Assembly: GCA_963676565.1 (NCBI GenBank)
Contig: OY781089.1
Coordinates: forward strand, 512,001 to 576,000
Origin: Halarcobacter sp.
Lineage (GTDB): Bacteria; Campylobacterota; Campylobacteria; Campylobacterales; Arcobacteraceae
Direction of reading: 5' to 3'
Length of the DNA stretch: 64,000 nt
The notes beneath the pieces were generated by a model, which had not been told where the DNA came from, made no database searches, and worked only from the letters and a program-made list of their open reading frames with translations. The translations under genes and the position numbers were made by a program. Shown one piece after another: positions 49,622 through 60,992 of this stretch (positions are counted from its first letter, which is position 1; each line of letters starts with the position of its first letter).

Positions 49622-49647
49622 TGTAAGTAGGTTTTAACCTACTTACA
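49622..49647 (+). terminator. Hairpin between the peptide gene and the T1SS genes (leaky terminator or mRNA stabiliser)
   Basis: TGTAAGTAGGT-TTTA-ACCTACTTACA, 11-bp perfect stem without a poly-T tail. Confidence 0.75.
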
Positions 49648-49677
49648 TCTCACTTAACTCTCTAATTAAGGTTTTCT

Positions 49678-51378
49678 TTGTCTTCAGAACACAAATTTTC
49701 AGAATTGAAATCTACACTTAAAAAAAATAAAAAAACGTTTTTAATTGTGGGTTTATTTAGCTTTTTAACTAACATTTTAATGTTAGTACCGCCTATTTAC
49801 ATGTTACAAATCTATGACAGAGTTATAAAAAGTAATAACGAAAACACACTTTTTGTACTTACTTTTATGATAGTTATCCTATTTATTACAATGGCACTAC
49901 TTGAGATAGTTCGTTCTCAAATACTTATAAAAATTGGTAGTAGTATAGATAATGCAATAAGTAATAGAATTTTTGATTCACTATTTCAACTAGAGCTTAT
50001 TGATCCCAAAAGTGCCAATTCATCATATTTAGATTATTTAACTAGAATAAGACAATTTATGACAGGGAAAAGTATTTTTGCTGTTTTTGATGCACCTTGG
50101 ATTACTATTTATGTGATTATTCTATTTCTTTTTCACACTGCCTTTGGAGTTTTTGCAATTATCGTGATACTTATACTATTAGTTGTAACTGTAATGAATG
50201 AAGTTGCAACATCACAAAATTTAAATGAAGCAAGTAAAAATAATATTGCATCAAATATATATATTGATGCCTCTTTAAAAAATGCAGCAGTTATTAATTC
50301 TATGGGGATGAGGGAAAATATAAGAAAAATATGGCATAAAAAATATTATGGTTTTTTAAACTTACAAAATGATGCAAGTTATAGTGCTAGTATTTGGATT
50401 AATATCTCTAAAAGTATTAGACTTATGGCCCAATCCCTTACCCTTGGTATTGGTGCTTATCTAGCAATTGGATATGAAGTTACACCAGGGACTATGATTG
50501 CAGCTTCGATAATAATGAGTAGAGCCCTATCTCCAATCGATTTAATAATTTCTGGATGGAAAGGTTTTATTGCTTACAGAACAAGTCATAAAAGAATTGA
50601 TGAATTATTAAATAAATTTCCAAAAAAAAAGAAAACTATATCTTTAAAAATTACAAATGCAGAACTTGTACTTGAAAATATAGTTGTAACTCCCCCTATG
50701 ACAAAAAATGAAACAATAAAAGGTATCTCTTTAAAAATAAAGTCTGGTAATGTTGTAGCTGTAATAGGAAAAAGTGGTGCAGGAAAATCAACTTTAATAA
50801 AAGGTATTTTAAATATTTGGCCTCTATCTGGGGGAAAAGTTAAAATCGATGGTGTTGATGTTTCAATGTTTGATAAAGTACAAATAGGTCCTCAAATTGG
50901 TTATCTTCCTCAAGACATTGAACTATTTGAAGGAACAATTAGTGAAAATATCTGTAGATTTCAAGAGCTAGATTCAGAAAAAATTGTTTCAGCTGCAAAA
51001 AAAGCTGGCGTACACGATTTAATATTGAAATTTCCTAAAGGTTATGAAACAAAGATTACTAATTCAGGGGATAGTTTATCTGGTGGACAAAAACAAAGAA
51101 TTGGCTTAGCAAGAGCAATTTATGATAATCCAAGTCTTGTGATACTAGATGAACCTAATTCAAACCTTGATAAAGAGGGTGAACAAGCTTTATTAAACAG
51201 TATAAAAAGTTTAAAAGAGAATAACACAACGGTGATAATAATTACCCATAAAGATAATATCTTAGATATTACAGATAAAGTTCTTTTGATTGAAAATGGT
51301 TTATTAAAAGATTATGGTAATACCCAAGAAGTTCTTAATAAAAATCAATTTTTTAAAGTAGACAATGATAATGTATAA
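49678..51378 (+). CDS. prtD: Type I secretion permease/ATPase, PrtD/AprD family
   Basis: PPIYMLQIYDRV, FDAPW, GKSGAGKST, GYLPQDIELFEGTI, LSGGQKQRIGLARA, LDEPNSNLD; no N-terminal C39 domain. Confidence 0.92.
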   Translation: MSSEHKFSELKSTLKKNKKTFLIVGLFSFLTNILMLVPPIYMLQIYDRVIKSNNENTLFVLTFMIVILFITMALLEIVRSQILIKIGSSIDNAISNRIFDSLFQLELIDPKSANSSYLDYLTRIRQFMTGKSIFAVFDAPWITIYVIILFLFHTAFGVFAIIVILILLVVTVMNEVATSQNLNEASKNNIASNIYIDASLKNAAVINSMGMRENIRKIWHKKYYGFLNLQNDASYSASIWINISKSIRLMAQSLTLGIGAYLAIGYEVTPGTMIAASIIMSRALSPIDLIISGWKGFIAYRTSHKRIDELLNKFPKKKKTISLKITNAELVLENIVVTPPMTKNETIKGISLKIKSGNVVAVIGKSGAGKSTLIKGILNIWPLSGGKVKIDGVDVSMFDKVQIGPQIGYLPQDIELFEGTISENICRFQELDSEKIVSAAKKAGVHDLILKFPKGYETKITNSGDSLSGGQKQRIGLARAIYDNPSLVILDEPNSNLDKEGEQALLNSIKSLKENNTTVIIITHKDNILDITDKVLLIENGLLKDYGNTQEVLNKNQFFKVDNDNV

Positions 51379-52654
51379 AGCTCCCAATGATGATTCATCT
51401 AAAATAGCTAAATTTGGTTTTAGTGTTGTAATAGTTGTGTTTATAATATTTGGAGGATGGGCAACTTTTGCTCCCCTTGCTATTAATGTAACTGCACTTG
51501 GTAAAGTATCTGCTGGATTAAATAAGAAAAAAATTCAAAGTATTGAAAGTGGTATAATCAAAACAATTTATGTAAATGATGGTGATTATGTAAAAAAAGG
51601 TCAACTATTAATTGAATTAGATGATACCCAATCAAAATCAGAATTAGATACTCAATTATTCCAATACCAAACACTATTAGCCCTAAAATCGAGACTTTTA
51701 GCACAACAAAATGGTAAAAAGACAATCACATTTGATGAGGGTGTGAAAAATAAAAAACTTATCGCTGAACAGACAGATTTATTTAATAGCACCATAGAAT
51801 CAATTAAAAAAAATAAACAAATATTAAATAAACAAGTATCACAGTTAAAAAAACGTATTGAAGCTATAAACTTCAAATTAAAAAGTAATACTTATATAAA
51901 ATCATCAATCGATGAAGAGATTGCAGAATTAGAAAAACTATATGCAAAAAAATTGATTAATAAAGTAGATTTAAGAAAATTTAAAAGGGAAGCATCCCAA
52001 CTAAGTGCTGAAATAATCAATAATGAAAAAGAGAAAACTGAATTAAAAGAGAAAATAAATGAATTATCTACAAAAATAGTACTACTTTTAAATGATTTCA
52101 AAAAAGATACTTTAGAGGAATTAACTTCTGCAACATCAAAAATCAATACTGTAAAATTAAAAATAGATTCATTAAGAAATAAATTAAATAAAACAAAAAT
52201 CTATGCACCATCTAATGGTTATATAGTAGGTGTATCAGATTATACACAAGACTCTATTATAAAAGCTGGTGCTGATATTATGGAGATTGTTCCAAAAGAT
52301 GCAGACCTTATAATTGAAGGTGCTATTAAATCCACAGATATAGATAAAGTAAAAATAGGATTAGAGGCAAATGTAGTTTTTTCTGCATACAACACCCAAA
52401 AATCTCATAAAATTCATGCAATTGTAACTTATATTTCTGCTGATACTCTTTATGATAAACAAAACCAAGAGTTCTATTATGAGATTAAATTAAAACTAAG
52501 CAAAGAGGGTAAAAAAGAGATTAAAAAATATAACTTTAATTTAGTTACAGGAATGCCTGCAGAAATAATGGTAAAAACTGGATATAGAACTGTTTTAAGT
52601 TATATGTTAAAACCTTTATTAGACAGATTTAATAGGAGTTTAAATGAAGAATAA
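51365..52654 (+). CDS. prtE: Type I secretion membrane fusion protein, HlyD/PrtE family
   Basis: GWATFAPL, IQSIESGII..V.DGD.V, long coiled coil, GMPAEIMVKTG.RT..Y..KP. Confidence 0.92.
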   Translation: MIMYKAPNDDSSKIAKFGFSVVIVVFIIFGGWATFAPLAINVTALGKVSAGLNKKKIQSIESGIIKTIYVNDGDYVKKGQLLIELDDTQSKSELDTQLFQYQTLLALKSRLLAQQNGKKTITFDEGVKNKKLIAEQTDLFNSTIESIKKNKQILNKQVSQLKKRIEAINFKLKSNTYIKSSIDEEIAELEKLYAKKLINKVDLRKFKREASQLSAEIINNEKEKTELKEKINELSTKIVLLLNDFKKDTLEELTSATSKINTVKLKIDSLRNKLNKTKIYAPSNGYIVGVSDYTQDSIIKAGADIMEIVPKDADLIIEGAIKSTDIDKVKIGLEANVVFSAYNTQKSHKIHAIVTYISADTLYDKQNQEFYYEIKLKLSKEGKKEIKKYNFNLVTGMPAEIMVKTGYRTVLSYMLKPLLDRFNRSLNEE

Positions 52655-53978
52655 CTTATATTTAATAAGTTTTTTACTTCTTTTTATTCCATTTAAAATA
52701 TATGCATTAGAGACTTTAAAATTTTCAAAAGCATATGAATTATCTTTGCAAAATTCTAAAAGAATACAATCTTTAGAATATAAATTAAAAGCAAATCATG
52801 AGAATCTGAATCAGGTTAGATCTATGATGTTACCTGAGGTTAATTTTTATGGATCATACACCCAAAATAATTATAAGGATATCCCTGTAAGTAATATATT
52901 TAAAGTAGATATAAAACAAAAAGTTAAAAACTATAATATTATTTTAAAACAATCCCTTTTTGATAGAAATCTTGCTTCAAAAATGGATATTGAAAAATCT
53001 AAATATGAATCTTATAGAAATGATTTAGATATAGAAAAACAAAAATTAGCAAAAGAGCTTTTAGATATATATTTAGCTCTTATAAAATCAAAAAATAAGA
53101 TAACAATGTTATCAAAATTTAAAGAGTACTTGGACTCTAAAAAAGAGCTTTTAAAGACTAGATATGAGATGGACTTATCCACAATTTCGGAGCTTATAAC
53201 TGTTGAATCAGATTTTAACCAAACTAACATTGACTTAGAAAAAGAGAAAGTTTTATTTAAAGTAAATAAAGAAAAACTAATAAGCTATATGGGAGAGGGA
53301 CTTGATTTTGAAATACCAGGATTAGATGATATTGTATTTACCTCTGATAATCTAAAAAAGATTAGAAGAAATTTAGTAAAAATTGATGAAATATATTCAA
53401 ATTTACAAGTTGATAAACTTGAGAATATTATGCAAATGCATAAGCATGAATTAGAAGATGCACAAAATAGTCATCTGCCAAAACTAAGTTTAAATCTTAA
53501 ATATACAAAAAATGTATCTGTAGAAAATAGTTATACTTCAGATTCTAGTTATAAAGAAAATAGAGAATTTTCTATAAATCTTTTAATTCCTTTGTATAAA
53601 GGGGGATATTATACATCATTGGAGAGAGCTTCAAAACTAAATATCAAGTCTTCACAGAAAGATATCGAAGCTTTACTTGATGATTTAAAACTCCAATACA
53701 AAGAAACTCGTGCAAATATAAACTCTGCAATTAGATCTATTTCTCTTTATGAAAAAGCTTTAGAAGCGGCAGTACTAACAAAAGATATAGTAAACAAAGA
53801 GTTCTCGCACGGTATAAAAAGTATACTCGATGTACAAGAAGCAGAGTATAAAATAACGCAAATAAAAGATAAATCTATTGACAATGTCACAACCTTAGTT
53901 GACAACTATTTAGCCTTTCTAACACTAACAAACCATTTTGATGCACTTGAAGTAATTGATTCTATAATTAAAAATTAA
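52644..53978 (+). CDS. TolC-family outer-membrane secretion channel
   Basis: Signal peptide, LPEVNF, LKQSLFD, LPKLSL, IPLYKGG, GIKSILDV. Confidence 0.88.
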   Translation: MKNNLYLISFLLLFIPFKIYALETLKFSKAYELSLQNSKRIQSLEYKLKANHENLNQVRSMMLPEVNFYGSYTQNNYKDIPVSNIFKVDIKQKVKNYNIILKQSLFDRNLASKMDIEKSKYESYRNDLDIEKQKLAKELLDIYLALIKSKNKITMLSKFKEYLDSKKELLKTRYEMDLSTISELITVESDFNQTNIDLEKEKVLFKVNKEKLISYMGEGLDFEIPGLDDIVFTSDNLKKIRRNLVKIDEIYSNLQVDKLENIMQMHKHELEDAQNSHLPKLSLNLKYTKNVSVENSYTSDSSYKENREFSINLLIPLYKGGYYTSLERASKLNIKSSQKDIEALLDDLKLQYKETRANINSAIRSISLYEKALEAAVLTKDIVNKEFSHGIKSILDVQEAEYKITQIKDKSIDNVTTLVDNYLAFLTLTNHFDALEVIDSIIKN

Positions 53979-54050
53979 TATTTAATATTTTTAAATTTAT
54001 ATTAATTTAGATATAATCTTTAGAATTTATATACAAAGAGTACGGTTTTA

Positions 54051-55358
54051 ATGACAAGTAAAGAGTTTTTACATATTATAGAAAAAGAAGCACATCCAGC
54101 TGATTACAAAAGATACCTAAAACAACTATCATACAAAAAAATTTCTTCTGATGACAAATTAGCAGTTTTTGAAGTATCAAATAAGTATGTAGGGGCATGG
54201 ATTAAAAGTAAATATACACAAATTATACAACACTGCTTTGAGATATACGATGGCACTAAACCTGACATTGAAATAAAAATTGCAGGTGAGAAGAAAAGTA
54301 AAAAAGAGATTATTTCTGAAAAAGCCAAAAATGAAGCTACTGAAAGTACTATATTAAACCCTTCATATACTTTTGATTCTTTCGTAGTGGGAAGTTCCAA
54401 CCAAATGGCATATAATGCCTCTTTGGCAGTTGCTCAAAAACCTGGTGTTCAATACAATCCATTATTTATTTATGGTGGAACAGGTCTAGGGAAAACTCAC
54501 CTTTTACAAGCAATTGGTAATGATGCCATTGAAAAAGGTAAAACAATTATTTATGTAACTATTGAACAGTTTATGAATGATTTTACATTTTCAATTAAAA
54601 ATAAAAATATGGAACACTTTAGAAGTAAATATAGAAAATGCGATGTTTTACTAATCGATGATATTCAATTTTTATCTGGAAAAGAACAAACTCAAGAAGA
54701 GTTTTTTCACACCTTTAATGAATTACATAATGCAAAAAAACAAATTGTTATGACGAGTGATAGAATACCTTCACAAATTGCAGGACTTGTGGATAGATTA
54801 AAATCAAGGTTTGAATGGGGTTTAACGGCAGATATTCAATTACCTGGACTTGAAACAAAAATTGCTATTATTGAAAAGAAAAGTGAACTTAATGGAATCC
54901 ATTTAAGTAGAGAGATTATTAACTATATTGCAACAAACCTTGATAACTCTATTAGAGAGATTGAAGGGGTATTAATTAGAATTAATGCTAGTGCTTCTTT
55001 ATTAAATCAAGAGATAAATTTAGAGTTAGCTCAAAATTTATTAAAAGAACAAATTAAAGAAAAAAAGGAAAATATCAAACTTCCTGATATAATTACCCTT
55101 GTAGCAAACGAATTAAATATTAAACCAAGTGATATTAAGTCTAAAAAGAGAACTGCAACAGTAGCAAATGCAAGAAGAGTAGTTATCTATTTAGCAAGAG
55201 AATTAACACACAACTCTATGCCTGATATAGCAAAATTTTTAGGAATGAAAGATCATAGTTCTATTTCTAAAAATATTCAAAAGACAAATGAGTTAATAGA
55301 AACAGATGAAAACTTCAAATTAATCATCCAAAATTTGAAGAATAAAATCATAAATTAG
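54051..55358 (+). CDS. dnaA: Chromosomal replication initiator DnaA
   Basis: YNPLFIYGGTGLGKTHLL, LLIDDIQF, QEEFFHTFN, RLKSRFEWGL, KDHSS; TATAAT at 54012-54017 upstream. Confidence 0.99.
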   Translation: MTSKEFLHIIEKEAHPADYKRYLKQLSYKKISSDDKLAVFEVSNKYVGAWIKSKYTQIIQHCFEIYDGTKPDIEIKIAGEKKSKKEIISEKAKNEATESTILNPSYTFDSFVVGSSNQMAYNASLAVAQKPGVQYNPLFIYGGTGLGKTHLLQAIGNDAIEKGKTIIYVTIEQFMNDFTFSIKNKNMEHFRSKYRKCDVLLIDDIQFLSGKEQTQEEFFHTFNELHNAKKQIVMTSDRIPSQIAGLVDRLKSRFEWGLTADIQLPGLETKIAIIEKKSELNGIHLSREIINYIATNLDNSIREIEGVLIRINASASLLNQEINLELAQNLLKEQIKEKKENIKLPDIITLVANELNIKPSDIKSKKRTATVANARRVVIYLARELTHNSMPDIAKFLGMKDHSSISKNIQKTNELIETDENFKLIIQNLKNKIIN

Positions 55359-55388
55359 GGAGTGGTAAAAATAAGTTAGATAAGCAAA

Positions 55389-55510
55389 TGTGAAAAGCTG
55401 TGAACTTTTATAGATACTTATTCACATACACAAAGTGTTATGCAGTAGGGTCTAGGATAAAGTTTTCATCTTTTCACATGAACTACTATTACCACTAATT
55501 AATATAATAA
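55389..55510. other. oriC: Replication origin (oriC2): DnaA boxes, DnaA-trios and AT-rich unwinding element
   Basis: TGTGAAAAG 55389, TGTGAACTT 55399, TTATTCACA 55418, CTTTTCACA 55470, then CTA-CTA-TTA-CCA-CTA 55483-55497 and an all-A/T run, between dnaA and dnaN. Confidence 0.9.
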
Positions 55511-55525
55511 ATAGGAGCTGATAAA

Positions 55526-56596
55526 ATGAAATTCATAATAACAAAAAGCATATTTGAGAATATAATCTCATCAATGCAACCATTCTTAGAAAAAAAAGAT
55601 GCAAGTTCAATTACTTCACATATATATTTAGAAGTAAATGATTCTAAACTTATTCTAAAAGCAACAGATTATGAAATTGGATTAGAATGTAGTATTGATA
55701 CAATTACTGAATCACTTTACGGAAAAGCAACAGTAAACGGATCTAATCTACTAGGTATAATTAAAAGATTAAAAGATTCAGATATTATTATTGAAACTGC
55801 TGATAATAATCTTGTTATAAAACAAAATAAATCAACATTTAAATTACCTATGTATGATGCAGATGAATATCCATCATTAATTTTAAATCAAGATTTAAAA
55901 AATTTAGATGTTTCAACTGTTAATTTAATCAACTCTATTAGAAAAATTACACCTGCAATTGATAATAACAATCCTAAATTTGAATTAAATGGTGCATTAA
56001 TAGATATAAAAAGCTCTAAAATAAATTTTGTATCAACTGATACTAGAAGATTAGCAATTTCATTTTTACAAAACATTTCAAATGCTGAAGCTCAATTTAT
56101 TATTCCTAAAAAAGCAATAATTGAAATTCAAAAACTATTTTTAGATAATGCAACAATCTCTTATGATGAAAACAATCTAATTGTTTCAAATGCTAATATG
56201 AGATTTTTTACAAAACTAATTAATGGTAAATTCCCAGATTACGAAAGAATCATTCCACAAAATTTAAAATATAATTTAGAGATTCCAAAAAACATGTTAA
56301 TTGAATCTATCAAATTAGTTACATCTTTATTTTCAAATATTAAAATCACATTTAAACCTCAATCTATAGTTTTTGAATCTTTAGATGAAGATACAGAATC
56401 AAAAACACAAATTGATATTGATTTAAATATTGACAATGAGTTCTATTTAGCAGTTAATGCTAAATATTTATTAGACTTTTTAAGTCAAACAAATAAAGAA
56501 AATGTAACTATTGGATTTAATGAATCAAATTTACCATTTTATTTAGAAGATGATAAATTCTTTACAATTGTAATGCCAATTGTTTTAGAAAAATAA
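55526..56596 (+). CDS. dnaN: DNA polymerase III beta clamp
   Basis: ATDYEIG, ELNGAL, STDTRRLA, GKFPDYERIIP, VMP. Confidence 0.97.
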   Translation: MKFIITKSIFENIISSMQPFLEKKDASSITSHIYLEVNDSKLILKATDYEIGLECSIDTITESLYGKATVNGSNLLGIIKRLKDSDIIIETADNNLVIKQNKSTFKLPMYDADEYPSLILNQDLKNLDVSTVNLINSIRKITPAIDNNNPKFELNGALIDIKSSKINFVSTDTRRLAISFLQNISNAEAQFIIPKKAIIEIQKLFLDNATISYDENNLIVSNANMRFFTKLINGKFPDYERIIPQNLKYNLEIPKNMLIESIKLVTSLFSNIKITFKPQSIVFESLDEDTESKTQIDIDLNIDNEFYLAVNAKYLLDFLSQTNKENVTIGFNESNLPFYLEDDKFFTIVMPIVLEK

Positions 56597-56606
56597 GTAA
56601 GGATAA

Positions 56607-58934
<2,328 letters not shown>

Positions 58935-58966
58935 TTAATTTTTAATTAATTTTTGAATGATACCTT
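58935..58966 (+). promoter_or_regulatory. eptA promoter: TTAATTT-N4-TTAATTT direct repeat plus extended -10
   Basis: TTAATTT 58935-58941 and 58946-58952, 8 nt, then (TGA)TACCTT 58961-58966. Confidence 0.6.
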
Positions 58967-58997
58967 TGTGAAATAATATTTTCACAAAGGTTTTTTT
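58962..58997 (+). terminator. Intrinsic terminator of dnaA-dnaN-gyrB, overlapping the eptA RBS
   Basis: ACCTTTGTGAAA-TAATAT-TTTCACAAAGGT followed by a T run ending at the eptA ATG. Confidence 0.8.
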
Positions 58998-60617
58998 ATG
59001 TTTAAACAAATCTCTTCATATAGAGTAATTCTTATTTGTTCCTTTTTATTTGCCCTATTTTATAACTATTCTTTTTTTAAAAATCTATTGATAGTTTATA
59101 AATTTAGTGGTATAAATATTTTTTATACCATAAGTGTTTTTTTCTCACTAATTGCTTTTATTGCCTTAGTTATAAATCTTTTATCTTCTAGATTTATATT
59201 TAAACCATTTATGATTTCCCTTTTAATTATTTCATCTTTTGTAGCTTATTTTATGGACACTTATAACATAGTTGTAGACCATAGTATGGTTAGAAATTCT
59301 TTAGAAACAAATTTAAATGAATCCCTAGATTTATTTAGTATAGAGCTAGTTTTTTATGTTTTACTATTTGGTGTAATTCCAAGTTTTTTAGTATATCAAT
59401 CAAATATAAGTTATGGAACATTTAAAGAAGAAAGTATAAAAAAATTAAAAACAATCATTTTACTTTTAATATTTATAGCAATAAATGTATTTGGTTTTAG
59501 TAAATTTTATACATCATTTTTAAGGGAGCATAAAGATTTAAAATATTATGCAAATCCTACATTTTGGATGTTTGGAATTATGGATTATACAAAAAGAACT
59601 TTTTTTGATGGAAAAGTTGTTGTAAAAACTCTTGGAAAAGATGCTAAAATTGTTGAAGAAACTGATGAATATGAGAAAAAAGAATTAGTTATTATGGTTG
59701 TTGGTGAAGCAACAAGAGCTGATAGATTTTCTTTAAATGGTTATGAACGAGAAACAAATCCATTACTAAAAAAAGAAGAAATATATAATTTATCAAATGT
59801 AAGTTCATGTGGTACGGCAACAGCACATTCAGTTCCTTGCATGTTTTCTATATATAATAGAGATGACTATAGTTATAAAAAAGGTATTAGAACAGAGAAT
59901 GTATTAGATATTTTAACTCATTCAAATGAAATAAAAGTTCTTTGGAGAGATAATAATTCTGATTCAAAAGGGGTAGCCTTAAGGGTTGAATATGAAGACT
60001 ATAAAACTTCAGAAAAAAATACTATATGTGAAAATGGTGAATGTAGAGATGAAGGAATGCTTATAGGATTAGATAAATATATTGAAAAAAATAAAAACAA
60101 AGATATTTTAATTGTTCTTCATCAAATGGGAAATCATGGACCAGCTTATTATAAACGATATCCAAAGAAATTTGAAAAATTTACACCTGTTTGTAAAACA
60201 AATCAATTGGAAAAGTGTACAAAAGATGAAATAAATAATGCATATGATAACGCAATATTACATACTGATTCATTTTTATCAGATGTAATTAATTTCTTAA
60301 AACCATATTCTAAAGATTATGAAACAGCAATGTTTTATATGAGTGACCATGGAGAAAGTTTAGGTGAAAATGGAATTTATTTACATGGAATGCCATATTT
60401 TATGGCTCCTAAAACACAAACTCATGTTGCTTCACTAATGTGGTTTGGTGATAGTATTAAAGAAGAATTGGATGTAGAAAAGTTAAATATTTTAAAAGAT
60501 AATTCATATTCTCAAGATAATTTATTTCATACATTATTAGGACTTTTTGAAGTGGATACAAATGTATACAAAAAAGATTTTGATATTATAAATCCAATAA
60601 GAAGAGATAAAAAATGA
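58998..60617 (+). CDS. eptA: Lipid A phosphoethanolamine transferase (EptA/EptC family)
   Basis: 5 TMs, VVGEATR, SCGTATAHSVPCMFS, HQMGNHGPAY, YMSDHGESLGE.GIYLHG. Confidence 0.93.
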   Translation: MFKQISSYRVILICSFLFALFYNYSFFKNLLIVYKFSGINIFYTISVFFSLIAFIALVINLLSSRFIFKPFMISLLIISSFVAYFMDTYNIVVDHSMVRNSLETNLNESLDLFSIELVFYVLLFGVIPSFLVYQSNISYGTFKEESIKKLKTIILLLIFIAINVFGFSKFYTSFLREHKDLKYYANPTFWMFGIMDYTKRTFFDGKVVVKTLGKDAKIVEETDEYEKKELVIMVVGEATRADRFSLNGYERETNPLLKKEEIYNLSNVSSCGTATAHSVPCMFSIYNRDDYSYKKGIRTENVLDILTHSNEIKVLWRDNNSDSKGVALRVEYEDYKTSEKNTICENGECRDEGMLIGLDKYIEKNKNKDILIVLHQMGNHGPAYYKRYPKKFEKFTPVCKTNQLEKCTKDEINNAYDNAILHTDSFLSDVINFLKPYSKDYETAMFYMSDHGESLGENGIYLHGMPYFMAPKTQTHVASLMWFGDSIKEELDVEKLNILKDNSYSQDNLFHTLLGLFEVDTNVYKKDFDIINPIRRDKK

Positions 60618-60970
60618 GAAATCAACCCAAATATAATTTTTTTAAAAATAGTTCTTATGCTTTAAATGGATTTGTAGATTTGGTTAAAACAGAAACTTCA
60701 TTTAAAATAGAATTATACTGCGCAATTATTGCCTTTCCTCTAATTATTTTTATTGATACTTCACTAGTGAATAAATTGCTCATGTTTATTACCTTTAGTG
60801 GACTACTTTTAGCTGAAGTAATAAATAGTGCAATAGAAAGAACAGTTGATTTAGTGACACTTGAATACCATCAAATGGCAAAAAAAGATAAAGATATTGG
60901 TAGTGCTATTGTTTTTGTAAGTATTTGTATTTGTACTGTTACTTGCTTATCAATATTGCTTACAATTTAG
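60614..60970 (+). CDS. dgkA: Prokaryotic diacylglycerol kinase
   Basis: ETSFKIE, EVINSAIERTVD, KDIGSA. Confidence 0.9.
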   Translation: MRNQPKYNFFKNSSYALNGFVDLVKTETSFKIELYCAIIAFPLIIFIDTSLVNKLLMFITFSGLLLAEVINSAIERTVDLVTLEYHQMAKKDKDIGSAIVFVSICICTVTCLSILLTI

Positions 60971-60992
60971 TTATATAATACGGAAATTACAT

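Noticed and set aside
49186..53978. T1SS cassette as a mobile element
   Set aside because: No integrase, transposase, terminal inverted repeats or target duplication seen; base composition resembles the flanks.
54027..54035. TTATATACA upstream of dnaA as an oriC1 box
   Set aside because: Single mismatched site without the TTCAC core; too weak to call an origin half, though weak autoregulatory binding is possible.
58998..60970. eptA-dgkA as a mobile mcr-type colistin resistance unit
   Set aside because: Chromosomal position next to gyrB, host-like composition and no IS; best read as intrinsic eptA.
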